A DNA stretch of 64,000 bases from a virus, in IMG/VR virus record IMGVR_UViG_3300034072_002256, positions 11,274 through 75,273 of that record. One strand, given 5' to 3'. The notes under the pieces are model-generated. The model saw only the letters and a program-made list of their open reading frames with translations, was not told the DNA's origin and made no database searches. The translations under genes were made by a program, and so were the position numbers. The first letter of the stretch is position 1. Every line of letters starts with the position of its first letter. Below, piece after piece: positions 35,000 through 44,504 of the stretch.

Positions 35000-35725
35000 A
35001 TGAAAAACAAAACAGTCGAAGTCAAAAATGTGACCCGGACGCAGGAAATGTTCGAGAACCTGAGTTCGCGCAGCATGATCACACCAGGCATAGGTCTTAT
35101 TCATGGCCCGAGCGGCTTTGGAAAAACAACCACAGTCACATATATGTTCAACGAGCTGACGGTGTCGGGCCAGCAACCTTTATATGTGCGCTGTTATGCG
35201 ACAGATACACCCAGTTCATTTTTAGCAAGGGTTATGGGGGAACTTGGTGCACAACCAATGTTTCCGCTTCGCAAGATGGTTGATTACGTGGTGCAGGCCA
35301 TGAACGAACGCAGCCTGGCGCTATTTGTTGACGAAGCTGATCACATCGTCAGCCAGGCAAAGACGATGGAAACCATCCGCGATTTATACGACAGCACCGA
35401 GCAGCCTGTGGTTCTGATTGGCATGGAAGAAATTGCCCGCCGCATCTCACACCGTAAGCAGCTGTTTAACCGGATCTCTGAATGGGTCGAATTTGCGCCG
35501 GCAGACATTGAGGACGTGCATTTGTTTGCTACTGATTTGATGGATGACCGGGTTCAGGTCGGTGAAGATCTGCTCGACTTTATCCGGCAAAAGTCAGGCG
35601 GTGAGGTACGCCGGATTTTGATCGCATTAGAAAAAATCGAACGTGCGGCCCTTGCCAGCGGTGAAACCTTTGTCGATTTGCACAGCTGGGGCAACCGCCC
35701 ACTGTTCCTGAACCATCGTCGTTAA
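35000..35725 (+). CDS. Transposition AAA+ ATPase (B protein), lacking N-terminal HTH
   Basis: Walker A GPSGFGKT, Walker B LFVDEAD, IRDLYD, VVLIGM; 241 aa. Confidence 0.92.
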   Translation: MKNKTVEVKNVTRTQEMFENLSSRSMITPGIGLIHGPSGFGKTTTVTYMFNELTVSGQQPLYVRCYATDTPSSFLARVMGELGAQPMFPLRKMVDYVVQAMNERSLALFVDEADHIVSQAKTMETIRDLYDSTEQPVVLIGMEEIARRISHRKQLFNRISEWVEFAPADIEDVHLFATDLMDDRVQVGEDLLDFIRQKSGGEVRRILIALEKIERAALASGETFVDLHSWGNRPLFLNHRR

Positions 35726-35740
35726 TTGCGGAGCTGGTCA

Positions 35741-36337
35741 ATGACTAAACACGAATTAGCTTGGGACAAGATGAAGCAAATGGATCGCTTCACTGTTACC
35801 GACGTGGCTAATGCGGTTGAGATGGACCTCGAAGAATGTCGCAAATCAATAAAACGCCTTGAAAAATCAGGCTATCTGGAAATCGTTTCGGGAATTGGTG
35901 TGGCTGGAAGGCCGTATTTTTATCGGGTGAAACCTGAGGTTACCACCACACCACAGTTTGGCCGTGGCGGCACAAGTGGACTGAAAAAAGTCCGCTCAGG
36001 CATGAATGGACAGCAGCTGATTTGGAACGCATTGCGGATAAACAGAAAGTTGACTGTTGGGACTGCAGAGGCAGTTACAAAACTAAATTCAAGAACGATT
36101 TATCGCTACCTGAATGACCTCGAAAAAGCTGGTTATGTGAAGTGTCAGCGGCATGACAGGGTTGGTTCGAACTTCGACCGGACTGGTGTGCAGAACATTT
36201 GGAAACTGATCCGTGAGACAGGTCCCAAAGCGCCAATTTTGCGCAGAGGCAAAGGGTTTTGGGACCAGAACGAAGATAAGTTTTATTCCTTAGATGGTGG
36301 AAAAACTGTTGGAGGCCGCACGGATGAAGTGGCTTGA
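35741..36337 (+). CDS. Tandem winged-helix DNA-binding protein
   Basis: Two W..M/L...FT...A.....Y/I..LEK.GY repeats; ETGPKAP motif. Confidence 0.75.
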   Translation: MTKHELAWDKMKQMDRFTVTDVANAVEMDLEECRKSIKRLEKSGYLEIVSGIGVAGRPYFYRVKPEVTTTPQFGRGGTSGLKKVRSGMNGQQLIWNALRINRKLTVGTAEAVTKLNSRTIYRYLNDLEKAGYVKCQRHDRVGSNFDRTGVQNIWKLIRETGPKAPILRRGKGFWDQNEDKFYSLDGGKTVGGRTDEVA

Positions 36338-36821
36338 AGTATTGAGGGACCAGGTCGGATTGAACGGTCAACGGCCTGTCGCTGAAAAGCTGGGTGTCAG
36401 TAACACAGTGATCAGCCAGGTCGTCAATGAAAAATACCCTGGCGATATGGGCCGAATTCAGGCTCTGGTGGAAAGCGTGTACATGAGCAAATCAGTGTTG
36501 TGTCCGGTGCTTGGTGAAATCGCCTGGCATACCTGCCAGATGCACCAGAAAAACACTCACACCGGCAATCCGACCAAGCTGCGCTTGTATCGGGCCTGCC
36601 GCAGTGGCTGTGAAAACTCGGATTTGCCAGTGACGCAAAACATCCAGTTAAACCCGAGCGCAACGCTTAATCGCAGCCTGAAGGTTTACGACGCAGATGC
36701 AGTGATCGCCCGGTTAAAGCGCCAGGTGGAATCCGATGGCGGCGGGCCGGCTCAATTAGCTGAGTTGCTGCAATCAGAACTGAAGAATCTGGCGACCAAA
36801 CTGAACAGAACGGACAAATGA
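36324..36821 (+). CDS. HTH plus Cys-rich (Zn-binding?) protein resembling the MuB N-terminal domain
   Basis: QRPVAEKLGVS..VISQV...KYPGD; CPVLG....C...C..GC; GGAGG RBS before ATG 36324. Confidence 0.7.
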   Translation: MKWLEVLRDQVGLNGQRPVAEKLGVSNTVISQVVNEKYPGDMGRIQALVESVYMSKSVLCPVLGEIAWHTCQMHQKNTHTGNPTKLRLYRACRSGCENSDLPVTQNIQLNPSATLNRSLKVYDADAVIARLKRQVESDGGGPAQLAELLQSELKNLATKLNRTDK

Positions 36822-37093
36822 CCATGAAAAATACTAACGCTATCAAGCTGGCGCTCCGCGACGCCACCAACGCCGTGAACCTGTTGGATAAACGCGGCTA
36901 CAAAGTGATTGGGCTGAGCATGAATCAAGCGCAACCAATCATCACCATCAGCACTCCACCGGCCAGCAAAACGCCAAAGGGTACAGAGATCCGCTGTATC
37001 CGTGAGCGTGGCGCTGCGCCAGAAAGAATTATGGCCGCGCCGTTTAACGGGTGTTTAGTCACCTGGAATGCCGACGATTCGGCCATGCAGTAA
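36818..37093 (+). CDS. Hypothetical early protein
   Basis: Coupled; ends A...GC.V.W as in many Mu-like early genes. Confidence 0.7.
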   Translation: MTMKNTNAIKLALRDATNAVNLLDKRGYKVIGLSMNQAQPIITISTPPASKTPKGTEIRCIRERGAAPERIMAAPFNGCLVTWNADDSAMQ

Positions 37094-37124
37094 CCCGCCA
37101 ACAACCATCGCTATTGGAGACCCC

Positions 37125-37754
37125 ATGGATACTTCTACACATGCAATTCCTGCCGGCTACTGGCAGAACGCTCAGGGTGCGTTAATCCCTGTGGAAATGG
37201 TGAAGCCGATTGACCGGGCACGGAATGATTTAGTGCATGAACTGGTGCAAAAGGCCAATGAATTGAGCCAGTTAATGGCCAAGTTTAAGACTTCAGCTTT
37301 TGCCGATATCGCTGCTTTTGTTGACCTGTCGCTGGAGCAGTACGACACCAACGTTGGCGGTAAAAAGGGCAACCTGACGCTGTACAGCTTTGATGGCCGC
37401 TACAAAGTGCAGCGCGCTATTCAGGAACACCTGCAATTTGATGAACGGCTGCAGGCGGCGCGGGCACTGATTGACGAATGCCTGGCTGACTGGACGGCCG
37501 GCGCTGCACCGGAATTAAAAGCCATCGTGGCCAACGCCTTTAACACTGACAAGGCCGGCAACATCAGCACCAGCCGCGTGTTAGGCCTGCGTCGCCTCGA
37601 TATCAAAGACGAGCGCTGGCTTAAAGCTATGACCGCCATTGGTGAAGCGGTGCAGGTTGTCGGCAGTAAGGCTTATATCCGGGTGTATGAACGCATCGGC
37701 GATTCAGAAATGTACCGGCCTATTCCTCTGGATATCGCGGCGGTGCAGTTATGA
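37125..37754 (+). CDS. DUF3164-family Mu-like early protein
   Basis: IPAGYW.NA.G.L.P, GGKKGN.TL.SFDG, FDERLQAA..LIDEC, SK.Y.R.YER. Confidence 0.85.
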   Translation: MDTSTHAIPAGYWQNAQGALIPVEMVKPIDRARNDLVHELVQKANELSQLMAKFKTSAFADIAAFVDLSLEQYDTNVGGKKGNLTLYSFDGRYKVQRAIQEHLQFDERLQAARALIDECLADWTAGAAPELKAIVANAFNTDKAGNISTSRVLGLRRLDIKDERWLKAMTAIGEAVQVVGSKAYIRVYERIGDSEMYRPIPLDIAAVQL

Positions 37755-37954
37755 CAGCACCAGCACGTAAGCCAGCCCCACGGCCTGACGATGAAGCCAT
37801 CCAGCGTGAAATTGCGGTGTCATTGGCCATCAGGGAACAGTACGTCACTAATCATCCAGGTGACACTTTTGAGCAAGGTGTTGCAGCCGCATTGCTCTGG
37901 GTACTCGGCAATGGCGAACTGCCAAACGGGGAGGCCAAGGGATGGATGAACTGA
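37751..37954 (+). CDS. Small hypothetical early protein
   Basis: Coupled; T(F/Y)EQGV.AAL.WVLG motif. Confidence 0.65.
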   Translation: MTAPARKPAPRPDDEAIQREIAVSLAIREQYVTNHPGDTFEQGVAAALLWVLGNGELPNGEAKGWMN

Positions 37955-38169
37955 CCAAAGCCTTATGGGAAATGCGCCAGCACATGATTTCACTCTGTGT
38001 GCTTTACAAGCTGGACGTATGGCCGCAAGTGCCCGGCTATGAATGCCTGATGAAAGGCATCGCCAGTACAGCCGGTATCGACGAAGACACACTCTGGAAC
38101 TGGTTCGAAAACACTTGCGAGAGCGTTGAACAGCTGCAGGAGTTTGTCGAATTTCATAAAGCAGCATGA
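37942..38169 (+). CDS. Small hypothetical early protein
   Basis: GGAGG RBS; stop immediately before hammerhead 1. Confidence 0.6.
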   Translation: MDELTKALWEMRQHMISLCVLYKLDVWPQVPGYECLMKGIASTAGIDEDTLWNWFENTCESVEQLQEFVEFHKAA

Positions 38170-38170
38170 A

Positions 38171-38239
38171 GCGAAACAGTCCGGTATTGATGACCGGGCT
38201 GTCTATCCAGCGTCGTGGCTGGGTACTGATGAGCAGCGG
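38171..38239 (+). ncRNA. Type II hammerhead ribozyme 1
   Basis: GC-GAAAC-stemIII(AGTCCGGT/ACCGGGCT)-GTC^-stemI(TATCCAGC/GCTGGGTA)-CTGATGA-GC; predicted cleavage after 38203. Confidence 0.9.
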
Positions 38240-38248
38240 GAGCATTCA

Positions 38249-38668
38249 ATGATTAGCAAAGAGCAGTGGGCGACAATCGAAAAACATTTCAGTGAGCGAG
38301 TGTTTCACACTGAAAAATTCCAGTTGGGCGAAACTTTATTATCCGTCAGCAAGACATTTGTCGAAAAAAACAAACTCGGCTTAGTGGTTTACATAGACGG
38401 GGTTATTCAACCGTCCCAAGGAATTCAATCCAGCAGTTTATTTAACCCGCTCACAAGTCAGGTGTGGTGCAAACGCACAAAGCATCTTTACTCACCGGCA
38501 AAGAAACAGAAGCTCATCAACGAGTATGGCAAGCGTCGGATCAAACAGTATTTTCCGGATTTGGATAAAACCTATTCATATTTCTCTCCACTGTTTACCA
38601 GTGAAAAAACGCTCATTCGGCAGTTTAAAAAATTGGATGGGTTAAGTGTTGTCGCCGAGAGCGAATAA
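38249..38668 (+). CDS. Hypothetical 139-aa basic protein flanked by hammerheads
   Basis: GGGAG RBS, ATG at 38249 (MISKEQW...). Confidence 0.75.
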   Translation: MISKEQWATIEKHFSERVFHTEKFQLGETLLSVSKTFVEKNKLGLVVYIDGVIQPSQGIQSSSLFNPLTSQVWCKRTKHLYSPAKKQKLINEYGKRRIKQYFPDLDKTYSYFSPLFTSEKTLIRQFKKLDGLSVVAESE

Positions 38669-38724
38669 GCGAAACGCCAATTGGCGTCTATCCAGCGTCG
38701 TGGCTGGGTACTGATGAGCAGCGA
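38669..38724 (+). ncRNA. Type II hammerhead ribozyme 2
   Basis: GC-GAAAC-GCC AATT GGC-GTC^-TATCCAGC GTCGTG GCTGGGTA-CTGATGA-GC; predicted cleavage after 38688. Confidence 0.9.
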
Positions 38725-38738
38725 AGAGGTAAGCAGTT

Positions 38739-39305
38739 TTGCAGACGAAAACATCAAAGCAGCATTTGATAAAGATGCTCCACATTGGCAAAAGCCAACT
38801 GCACATGGCCGACGAAAGCTATCGGGCGCTATTGGCCCACCACGGTAAAGGCAAAACAAGTAGCACTCAGCTGACCATTGCAGAACTGCAGGCTGTGCTG
38901 GATGCCATGGTTAATTTGGGTTTTAAGGTCGTTAAAAAGCCGGTTAAACCGGGGCAAAAACGCTTAAGCCCAACCAGTAGCGATGGCCCGCAAGATATCC
39001 GCGCAGTGATCCGCGCTGTTTGGGTGTTTATGGCTAAGGCCAAATTTCTGAACGACGGCAGTGAAACCGCTTTGAATAGCTGGGTGCAACGCATGACCTC
39101 TGAAATGAATGGCGGCATGGGTGTGGCTGAAGTTCAGTGGCTCCATGATGGCATGGCTGTGAAGGTGCTGGAGTCCTTAAAGCGCTGGTGTCGGCGTGAG
39201 ATGTTCGACGCTTTGCGTTCTGACGGTCATGAAATCCACCCGCAAGCCAGTTACAGCCAGGTGCTGTCGAAATGGCAACGAATTTATGAAGGGCAGAGTG
39301 CATGA
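38739..39305 (+). CDS. gemA: GemA (Mu gp16/DUF1018-like)
   Basis: LI..LHI.K.QL.M.DE.YR.LL....GK.S...L...EL..V...M...GF; IRA.W; E.LK.W..R. Confidence 0.88.
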   Translation: MQTKTSKQHLIKMLHIGKSQLHMADESYRALLAHHGKGKTSSTQLTIAELQAVLDAMVNLGFKVVKKPVKPGQKRLSPTSSDGPQDIRAVIRAVWVFMAKAKFLNDGSETALNSWVQRMTSEMNGGMGVAEVQWLHDGMAVKVLESLKRWCRREMFDALRSDGHEIHPQASYSQVLSKWQRIYEGQSA

Positions 39306-39784
39306 AGTTAGGCCGCTGTCCCGTTTGTCACAGTCACATTCAGCTGGATGCATTGATCCAGGATGAAGCCGGCCGGCAGTTGCTTGGCCTGATGTCAAAG
39401 CTGGGTTATCAGCTGGCGCCAGCCCTTGTGAGTTATCTGGGCCTGTTCAGGCCAACGAAGCAAGACTTATCCAATGGCCGTGCCTTAAATCTGGCGCAGG
39501 AAACACTGGCCCTGACATCTAACCAGCCGTTACTGGCCGAAGCACTGCGCGAAACCGTGCAAAGCATTCACAACAAACGGCACCAGGGCGAAAACAAGCC
39601 GCTGGCCAATCACAACTATTTAAAGCGGGTGATGGAAGCCAAAGCGCAAGTGCCGGTAGCCAACCGTTCGCCCAGTATCGAACTGAAACAACAGCACCAG
39701 CTGTCACCGGCGGAAGACCGCAGATTATATGAAGAGCGCATGCTGCAGTTAGGCGGCCGTATATTTACCAAGGTGGAACCATGA
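39302..39784 (+). CDS. Hypothetical protein with N-terminal CPVC
   Basis: Between gemA and mor; Y..LFRP.K..L, PL.NHNYL motifs. Confidence 0.8.
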   Translation: MKLGRCPVCHSHIQLDALIQDEAGRQLLGLMSKLGYQLAPALVSYLGLFRPTKQDLSNGRALNLAQETLALTSNQPLLAEALRETVQSIHNKRHQGENKPLANHNYLKRVMEAKAQVPVANRSPSIELKQQHQLSPAEDRRLYEERMLQLGGRIFTKVEP

Positions 39785-40203
39785 GCGAACAGCAGTTAGA
39801 CGCCTTTTCGACACCAGAAGAGCTGCAGGATTTACTGCAGCAACTGGAGAACTTGCCGGACGACCAGCGCCAGGATGTGGTGAAACGTATTCCGGCAATG
39901 CTGCAAAGTCTGATGGCTCTGTTTACCAGCGAACTGCGCAGCAAGGGAGCTAAGGATCCAGAGCGACTGGCAGAACACCTGGTGATTTGTATGGCGAACT
40001 ACTTTGGTGGGATGCAGCTGTATTTACCGCGCAACGACAAGCTGGCGCTGGAGCTTCGCAACATCCGGATTTATCAGCAACACCGGGGCGGTAACACAGA
40101 ACAGCTGGCCCGCCAGTACGGCCTGACGGCAATTCAGATTTATCACATTGTTCGGGAACAGACTGTCGCTGAGCGGGCGAGGCGGCAGATGGGACTATTT
40201 TAG
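39781..40203 (+). CDS. Mor/C-family transcription activator
   Basis: One residue different from 475-897. Confidence 0.9.
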   Translation: MSEQQLDAFSTPEELQDLLQQLENLPDDQRQDVVKRIPAMLQSLMALFTSELRSKGAKDPERLAEHLVICMANYFGGMQLYLPRNDKLALELRNIRIYQQHRGGNTEQLARQYGLTAIQIYHIVREQTVAERARRQMGLF

Positions 40204-40275
40204 AGACGCGATGTGGTTGAGTCTTTTAAATGTTTTCCGTTATAGTCACAAAATTGACCATGCAAAGGAAAGCTA

Positions 40276-41724
40276 ATGTACTCTTCTGAAACTCTCAACC
40301 TCTCAAAACTTGTTGTTAACCAAGATAATCCTCGATTTCCTGAACCTCAAGAAAATCAAAGAGCTGCAATAAACACAATGCTAAGGTTACAACAAGACAA
40401 GTTAATACAACTGGCAACTGACATTTGCGAAAGAGGATTAGATCCCACTGAAAGAGTACTAGTGGTGCCATCTATTGAATATGACGGACGCTTCAAGGTC
40501 CTCGAGGGGAATCGTCGTATAACCGCGCTTAAAATTTTGCACGAAAATGGTTTGATTGATGATGAAAAGACAAAAGCGGTCATCAGCCGACTAGCAAAAA
40601 CAGCTCAGTCACTGCCTCAGACAATTGAATGTGCAGTTCTGGAGGATGAGTCAGACTCTGAGCACTGGGTTTCATTGAAACATACAGGGCAGAATAGCGG
40701 AAAGGGTCGTGTTGAATGGCAAACCACTGAAAAAGAACGTTTTAAAGCTAGCCTAGGCAATGAGTCCTATACGAATCAATTTTATACATATCTTATGTCG
40801 GAAGACATGTTTGAGGATTTGAGAGCTGATATCAAAAAGTTGGTCAAACCTACGAATATTGGTCGTTTGTTAGGCGATCCTTATGTTCGGAAATGCCTTA
40901 ATTTGGAGCCAATAAACGGTTTTTTATTTTGCAAGATTTCTAAAGAACAATTCTTTGACAAGTGCTATGTGTTAATTAATGAAATGCTTGGTAACGGTAC
41001 TATCGAAAACTTTCGAGTGCAGAACATTTTTTATAAAGAAGACCGCTTAGGCCTAATGTCAAAGCTCCGGATCAATGAATTTTTCACTGGATTAAGAGAC
41101 AAGCCTTGGAAAATTAGTGAACCTCAGAAATATCAAGAAGAAACACCGAATTCGCAAACTGAGGGAAGTGCGACTCAGCAAAGTGGCTCTGAAAAAAGCA
41201 GAAATGCCAATCAAGATAGCTCTTCCACTACTACTGATGCGACTAAACAAGATAATTCAGAAACCGGCAGCAGGAAGCATCGTCCTGAAAATTCAGACAG
41301 GAACAAACTGATCAGTCAGTATTTTACGCTTAAAATTGAGTCCCAAAAGTGCAATGAGATATTTAAGGAGCTAAAAACGAAGTTAGTTCCTATTGAACCG
41401 TATAAATACAGCATTAGTGTAATGATAAGAATTTTTCTTGATTTATCAGTCTCATACTTCATCGAGCATAGAGTACCGAAGGCTAAGAGAGTAAAATGCC
41501 AAGGGCTACATGAAAAAATAGTTTTTGTTAGCAACTACTTGCGAGACAATGACGAATTGGCACCGAGTCAAGCGACCGCAGTACAGACATTTTCCAGCTC
41601 TGTTACGGGAAGAACTGGTGATTTGCAACAGTATGTACACAACGAAAGTTTCCAGCCAGAAAAGTCCAAGCTTATTGCCGAGTGGGATAATTTTTCTCCC
41701 CTATTTCGTGCTATCTGGAAATAA
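40276..41724 (+). CDS. ParB/Srx-like plus HEPN-like protein (copy 2)
   Basis: Close homolog of 970-2418. Confidence 0.7.
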   Translation: MYSSETLNLSKLVVNQDNPRFPEPQENQRAAINTMLRLQQDKLIQLATDICERGLDPTERVLVVPSIEYDGRFKVLEGNRRITALKILHENGLIDDEKTKAVISRLAKTAQSLPQTIECAVLEDESDSEHWVSLKHTGQNSGKGRVEWQTTEKERFKASLGNESYTNQFYTYLMSEDMFEDLRADIKKLVKPTNIGRLLGDPYVRKCLNLEPINGFLFCKISKEQFFDKCYVLINEMLGNGTIENFRVQNIFYKEDRLGLMSKLRINEFFTGLRDKPWKISEPQKYQEETPNSQTEGSATQQSGSEKSRNANQDSSSTTTDATKQDNSETGSRKHRPENSDRNKLISQYFTLKIESQKCNEIFKELKTKLVPIEPYKYSISVMIRIFLDLSVSYFIEHRVPKAKRVKCQGLHEKIVFVSNYLRDNDELAPSQATAVQTFSSSVTGRTGDLQQYVHNESFQPEKSKLIAEWDNFSPLFRAIWK

Positions 41725-41739
41725 CAAGGTCAATTTAAA

Positions 41740-42594
41740 ATGAGATACTACACCCCGTTACGGTACCCAGGTGGAAAAGGCAAGCTCTCCTACTTTATAA
41801 AAGCGTTGCTAGAAGATAATAATCTTGTTGGAGGCGCTTATGTAGAGCCATTCGCCGGTGGTGCAGGGATAGCCTTAGAATTGCTCCTTCAAGAATTTGT
41901 TAGCGAGATTTACATAAACGACATCGACTATGCTGTTTATTCTTTTTGGCGTTCTGTTATCGACCATACTGAAGACCTGTGTGCGGCTATTGAAAATACA
42001 GCTGTGACAATCGATGAATGGCATAAGCAACGTGAAATACTGAAATCTTCAGATAACATTTTAGAATTAGGGTTTGCAGCATTTTTTTTAAACAGAACAA
42101 ATCGGTCTGGGATTCTTAATGCAGGTGTAATCGGTGGGAAGAAGCAAGACGGAAAGTGGAAACTTGATGTCAGATTTAACAAGTCAGAGTTAATCGAACG
42201 AATCCGAAAAATTGCAAGTCATAGAGAACGTATTCATGTTTCCAATCTGGATGCTGTTCAATTCTTGAACACAATCACGCATATTTTGCCGCGTCGTTCT
42301 CTAATTTATTTAGACCCTCCGTATTATGTAAAAGGACAAGGTCTCTACAGGAACTTTTACGAACATCAAGATCATGTAGATATAAAAAATGTTGTAGCGA
42401 GTATTCTTGATATACCTTGGATGGTTTCGTACGACAATTGTCCTGCGATTAGAGAAATTTATTCAGATTTTGAAATCTTTGAGTATGCACTCCAGTACAC
42501 TGCGCAGGATAAGAAAGTTGGTTCGGAATTGATGGTTTTCTCTGACTCACTCGTACTGCCTGAAGCAACACTTGGTAAAAGTCTAGTAGCTTAG
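41740..42594 (+). CDS. DNA adenine methyltransferase, D12 class (copy 2)
   Basis: DPPY motif; close homolog of 2434-3288. Confidence 0.93.
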   Translation: MRYYTPLRYPGGKGKLSYFIKALLEDNNLVGGAYVEPFAGGAGIALELLLQEFVSEIYINDIDYAVYSFWRSVIDHTEDLCAAIENTAVTIDEWHKQREILKSSDNILELGFAAFFLNRTNRSGILNAGVIGGKKQDGKWKLDVRFNKSELIERIRKIASHRERIHVSNLDAVQFLNTITHILPRRSLIYLDPPYYVKGQGLYRNFYEHQDHVDIKNVVASILDIPWMVSYDNCPAIREIYSDFEIFEYALQYTAQDKKVGSELMVFSDSLVLPEATLGKSLVA

Positions 42595-42666
42595 TTAAGT
42601 AGTTTAATATCAACAGTTTATCTAGAAAAACTAATCTGCGGTCACCAATGACCAACCGCAGATTAG
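42594..42666 (+). promoter_or_regulatory. Late promoter plus RBS hairpin (P2 lysis operon)
   Basis: TTTAAT(42603)-N23-TAATCT(42632); same 12-bp stem as in P1. Confidence 0.65.
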
Positions 42667-42670
42667 GCAG

Positions 42671-43105
42671 ATGTCCCCCAAGCTTAAACTTCATTTAAAA
42701 ACTCATTCTTTTTCTCACGGCACGTACGGCGAACTGTTTGACGGCAATACCGGTGAACGGCTTTGCGTTACTGTCGAGTGCCCCTGGCTAAACAACGAAG
42801 CTGGACGCAGCTGTGTACCAGCCGGCGACTATGTTGTTGAATTGCATGTCAGCCCACGCTTTGGCAAATCTCTGATTATTGCTGCACCAAACCTTGGTGT
42901 TACGCATGAAGGCCCGAGCCTTCGCACTCACTGTTTATTCCATTCTGCGAACCGCGCGTCTGAACTCAAAGGCTGCATTGCACCAGGTGTGCGTTTTGGC
43001 TCTGTTGACGATGACTGGGCGGTGCTGGATTCGCGTAAAGCGCTGGATAAGCTGCTGGTGCTAGTTGGCAACGATAAAGTGCCACTACGTATCGAGCGTG
43101 CGTGA
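42671..43105 (+). CDS. DUF5675-like probable endolysin
   Basis: Homolog of 3365-3799. Confidence 0.7.
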   Translation: MSPKLKLHLKTHSFSHGTYGELFDGNTGERLCVTVECPWLNNEAGRSCVPAGDYVVELHVSPRFGKSLIIAAPNLGVTHEGPSLRTHCLFHSANRASELKGCIAPGVRFGSVDDDWAVLDSRKALDKLLVLVGNDKVPLRIERA

Positions 43106-43362
43106 TGGGGCGCAACTGGGACTGGAGCTTTGACTGCGGGCGCGAAAAACGCATGCAGGCAGAGCACGCAGCTGCCCACGGCGGCTCGCCAGTGCCAGGC
43201 AAACCACCTCTGCATAGCCACGACAGCACCATGCAATCTTTCTTCGAAAAAGGCTGGGCCTCGCCAACACCGGTAGAGATCCAGCGTTACATCAACCCTC
43301 CGCCGCCGATTGGTTTACAACTCAAAGCCAACCATCGTCTGCGCGACCTGTTAGGAATTTGA
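43102..43362 (+). CDS. Hypothetical protein
   Basis: Homolog of 3796-4056. Confidence 0.7.
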   Translation: MMGRNWDWSFDCGREKRMQAEHAAAHGGSPVPGKPPLHSHDSTMQSFFEKGWASPTPVEIQRYINPPPPIGLQLKANHRLRDLLGI

Positions 43363-43364
43363 TT

Positions 43365-43943
43365 ATGTCTATTGCACTTGTAGCCAGTGTGGCCGCCATG
43401 GCTGTGCGCCAAGGCCCGAACGTGATCCGCGGTATCGCTTCTTTATTTGGTGGCAATGACACCGCAGATAAAGTGGCCAACATTGTGGAGCAGGTCGGCA
43501 GTATCGCCGGTATCAGTCCGGAGCAAAAAGTTGCGAAAGTCGCCGAGAAAATCGCAGCGCTGCCACCGGAAGTATTGCTGGGGTTAGAACAGCTCAAAGT
43601 GGAGCTGGAAAAAGAACAAACCCGGCGCCAGGAGCTGGCTTATAACGACCAGCAAACTACGCACCGCGAAACCCAAATGACGATCCGAAACGGCGATAAC
43701 GTCACGGACGAATATGTCCGCCGCACCCGGCCGATGATGGCCCGGCAGTCATTTTATCTTGGGTCGCTATATGTGATTGCGATGGAACTGCTGATGGCCA
43801 TAGGTAAAACCACAAGTGGCGCTGATTGGGCACTGGCCATGGCGATTTATACCCCAGCGCTTAGCTACATGGGCCTGCGGACTCTGGATGGCTTTGCTCC
43901 CTTTGGTAAAAACAGCAGCCAAAAGCCAGGAAAGCCGGCATGA
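43365..43943 (+). CDS. Putative holin (3TM-like)
   Basis: Homolog of 4059-4637. Confidence 0.7.
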   Translation: MSIALVASVAAMAVRQGPNVIRGIASLFGGNDTADKVANIVEQVGSIAGISPEQKVAKVAEKIAALPPEVLLGLEQLKVELEKEQTRRQELAYNDQQTTHRETQMTIRNGDNVTDEYVRRTRPMMARQSFYLGSLYVIAMELLMAIGKTTSGADWALAMAIYTPALSYMGLRTLDGFAPFGKNSSQKPGKPA

Positions 43944-44173
43944 CAGATGTAATCGACCAGGCAGCACTGCGGGAAGAACAGATCCGGCAACAGGCAATTA
44001 ATGCTGCGCTTAGCAAACCGCTTGAATCTCAGGATATCGACGAGTCGGGTAATTATTACTGCAATGACTGCGGCATTCAGATCCCGTTCAAACGCATTGC
44101 TGCAGTGCCCCATGCCGTGTGCTGCATCGACTGTCAAACCATCCGCGAACACAAAGGAAAGCACTTTGTTTGA
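43940..44173 (+). CDS. TraR/DksA C4 zinc-finger protein
   Basis: Homolog of 4634-4867. Confidence 0.9.
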   Translation: MTDVIDQAALREEQIRQQAINAALSKPLESQDIDESGNYYCNDCGIQIPFKRIAAVPHAVCCIDCQTIREHKGKHFV

Positions 44174-44504
44174 AGACATCAATTACACCGGGGCCAAGTT
44201 CTGGCTGGACTTTCTGCAAGTCGCTTTTACCGCGTTGATTGGCTTGTATGTCTGGCTTAGTAAGCCAACCAAGCAAAACAAAATCGCCACGGAACAGCTC
44301 CGGGAAATTCTGCTGGCACAAGACCGTCGACTGGGAGAACTGGAGTTAAAGCTGCAGTTCATCCCGGATCAAGACGAATTCCATGCCCTGGACAAAAAGG
44401 TTTCTGAGCTGGTCGGCAAGATGGACAACGTGCATGGCCGGATGCGCTCGGTGGATCAGAAACTCGATTTACTCATTGAAAACGAACTGCGAGGGAAATC
44501 CTGA
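44166..44504 (+). CDS. Mu gp25-like (DUF2730) protein
   Basis: Homolog of 4860-5198. Confidence 0.7.
   Translation: MFEDINYTGAKFWLDFLQVAFTALIGLYVWLSKPTKQNKIATEQLREILLAQDRRLGELELKLQFIPDQDEFHALDKKVSELVGKMDNVHGRMRSVDQKLDLLIENELRGKS

Noticed and set aside
38201-38723. 38-bp direct repeat as att site or IS target duplication
   Set aside because: No recombinase lies between the copies, and the repeat coincides exactly with hammerhead stem I and core.
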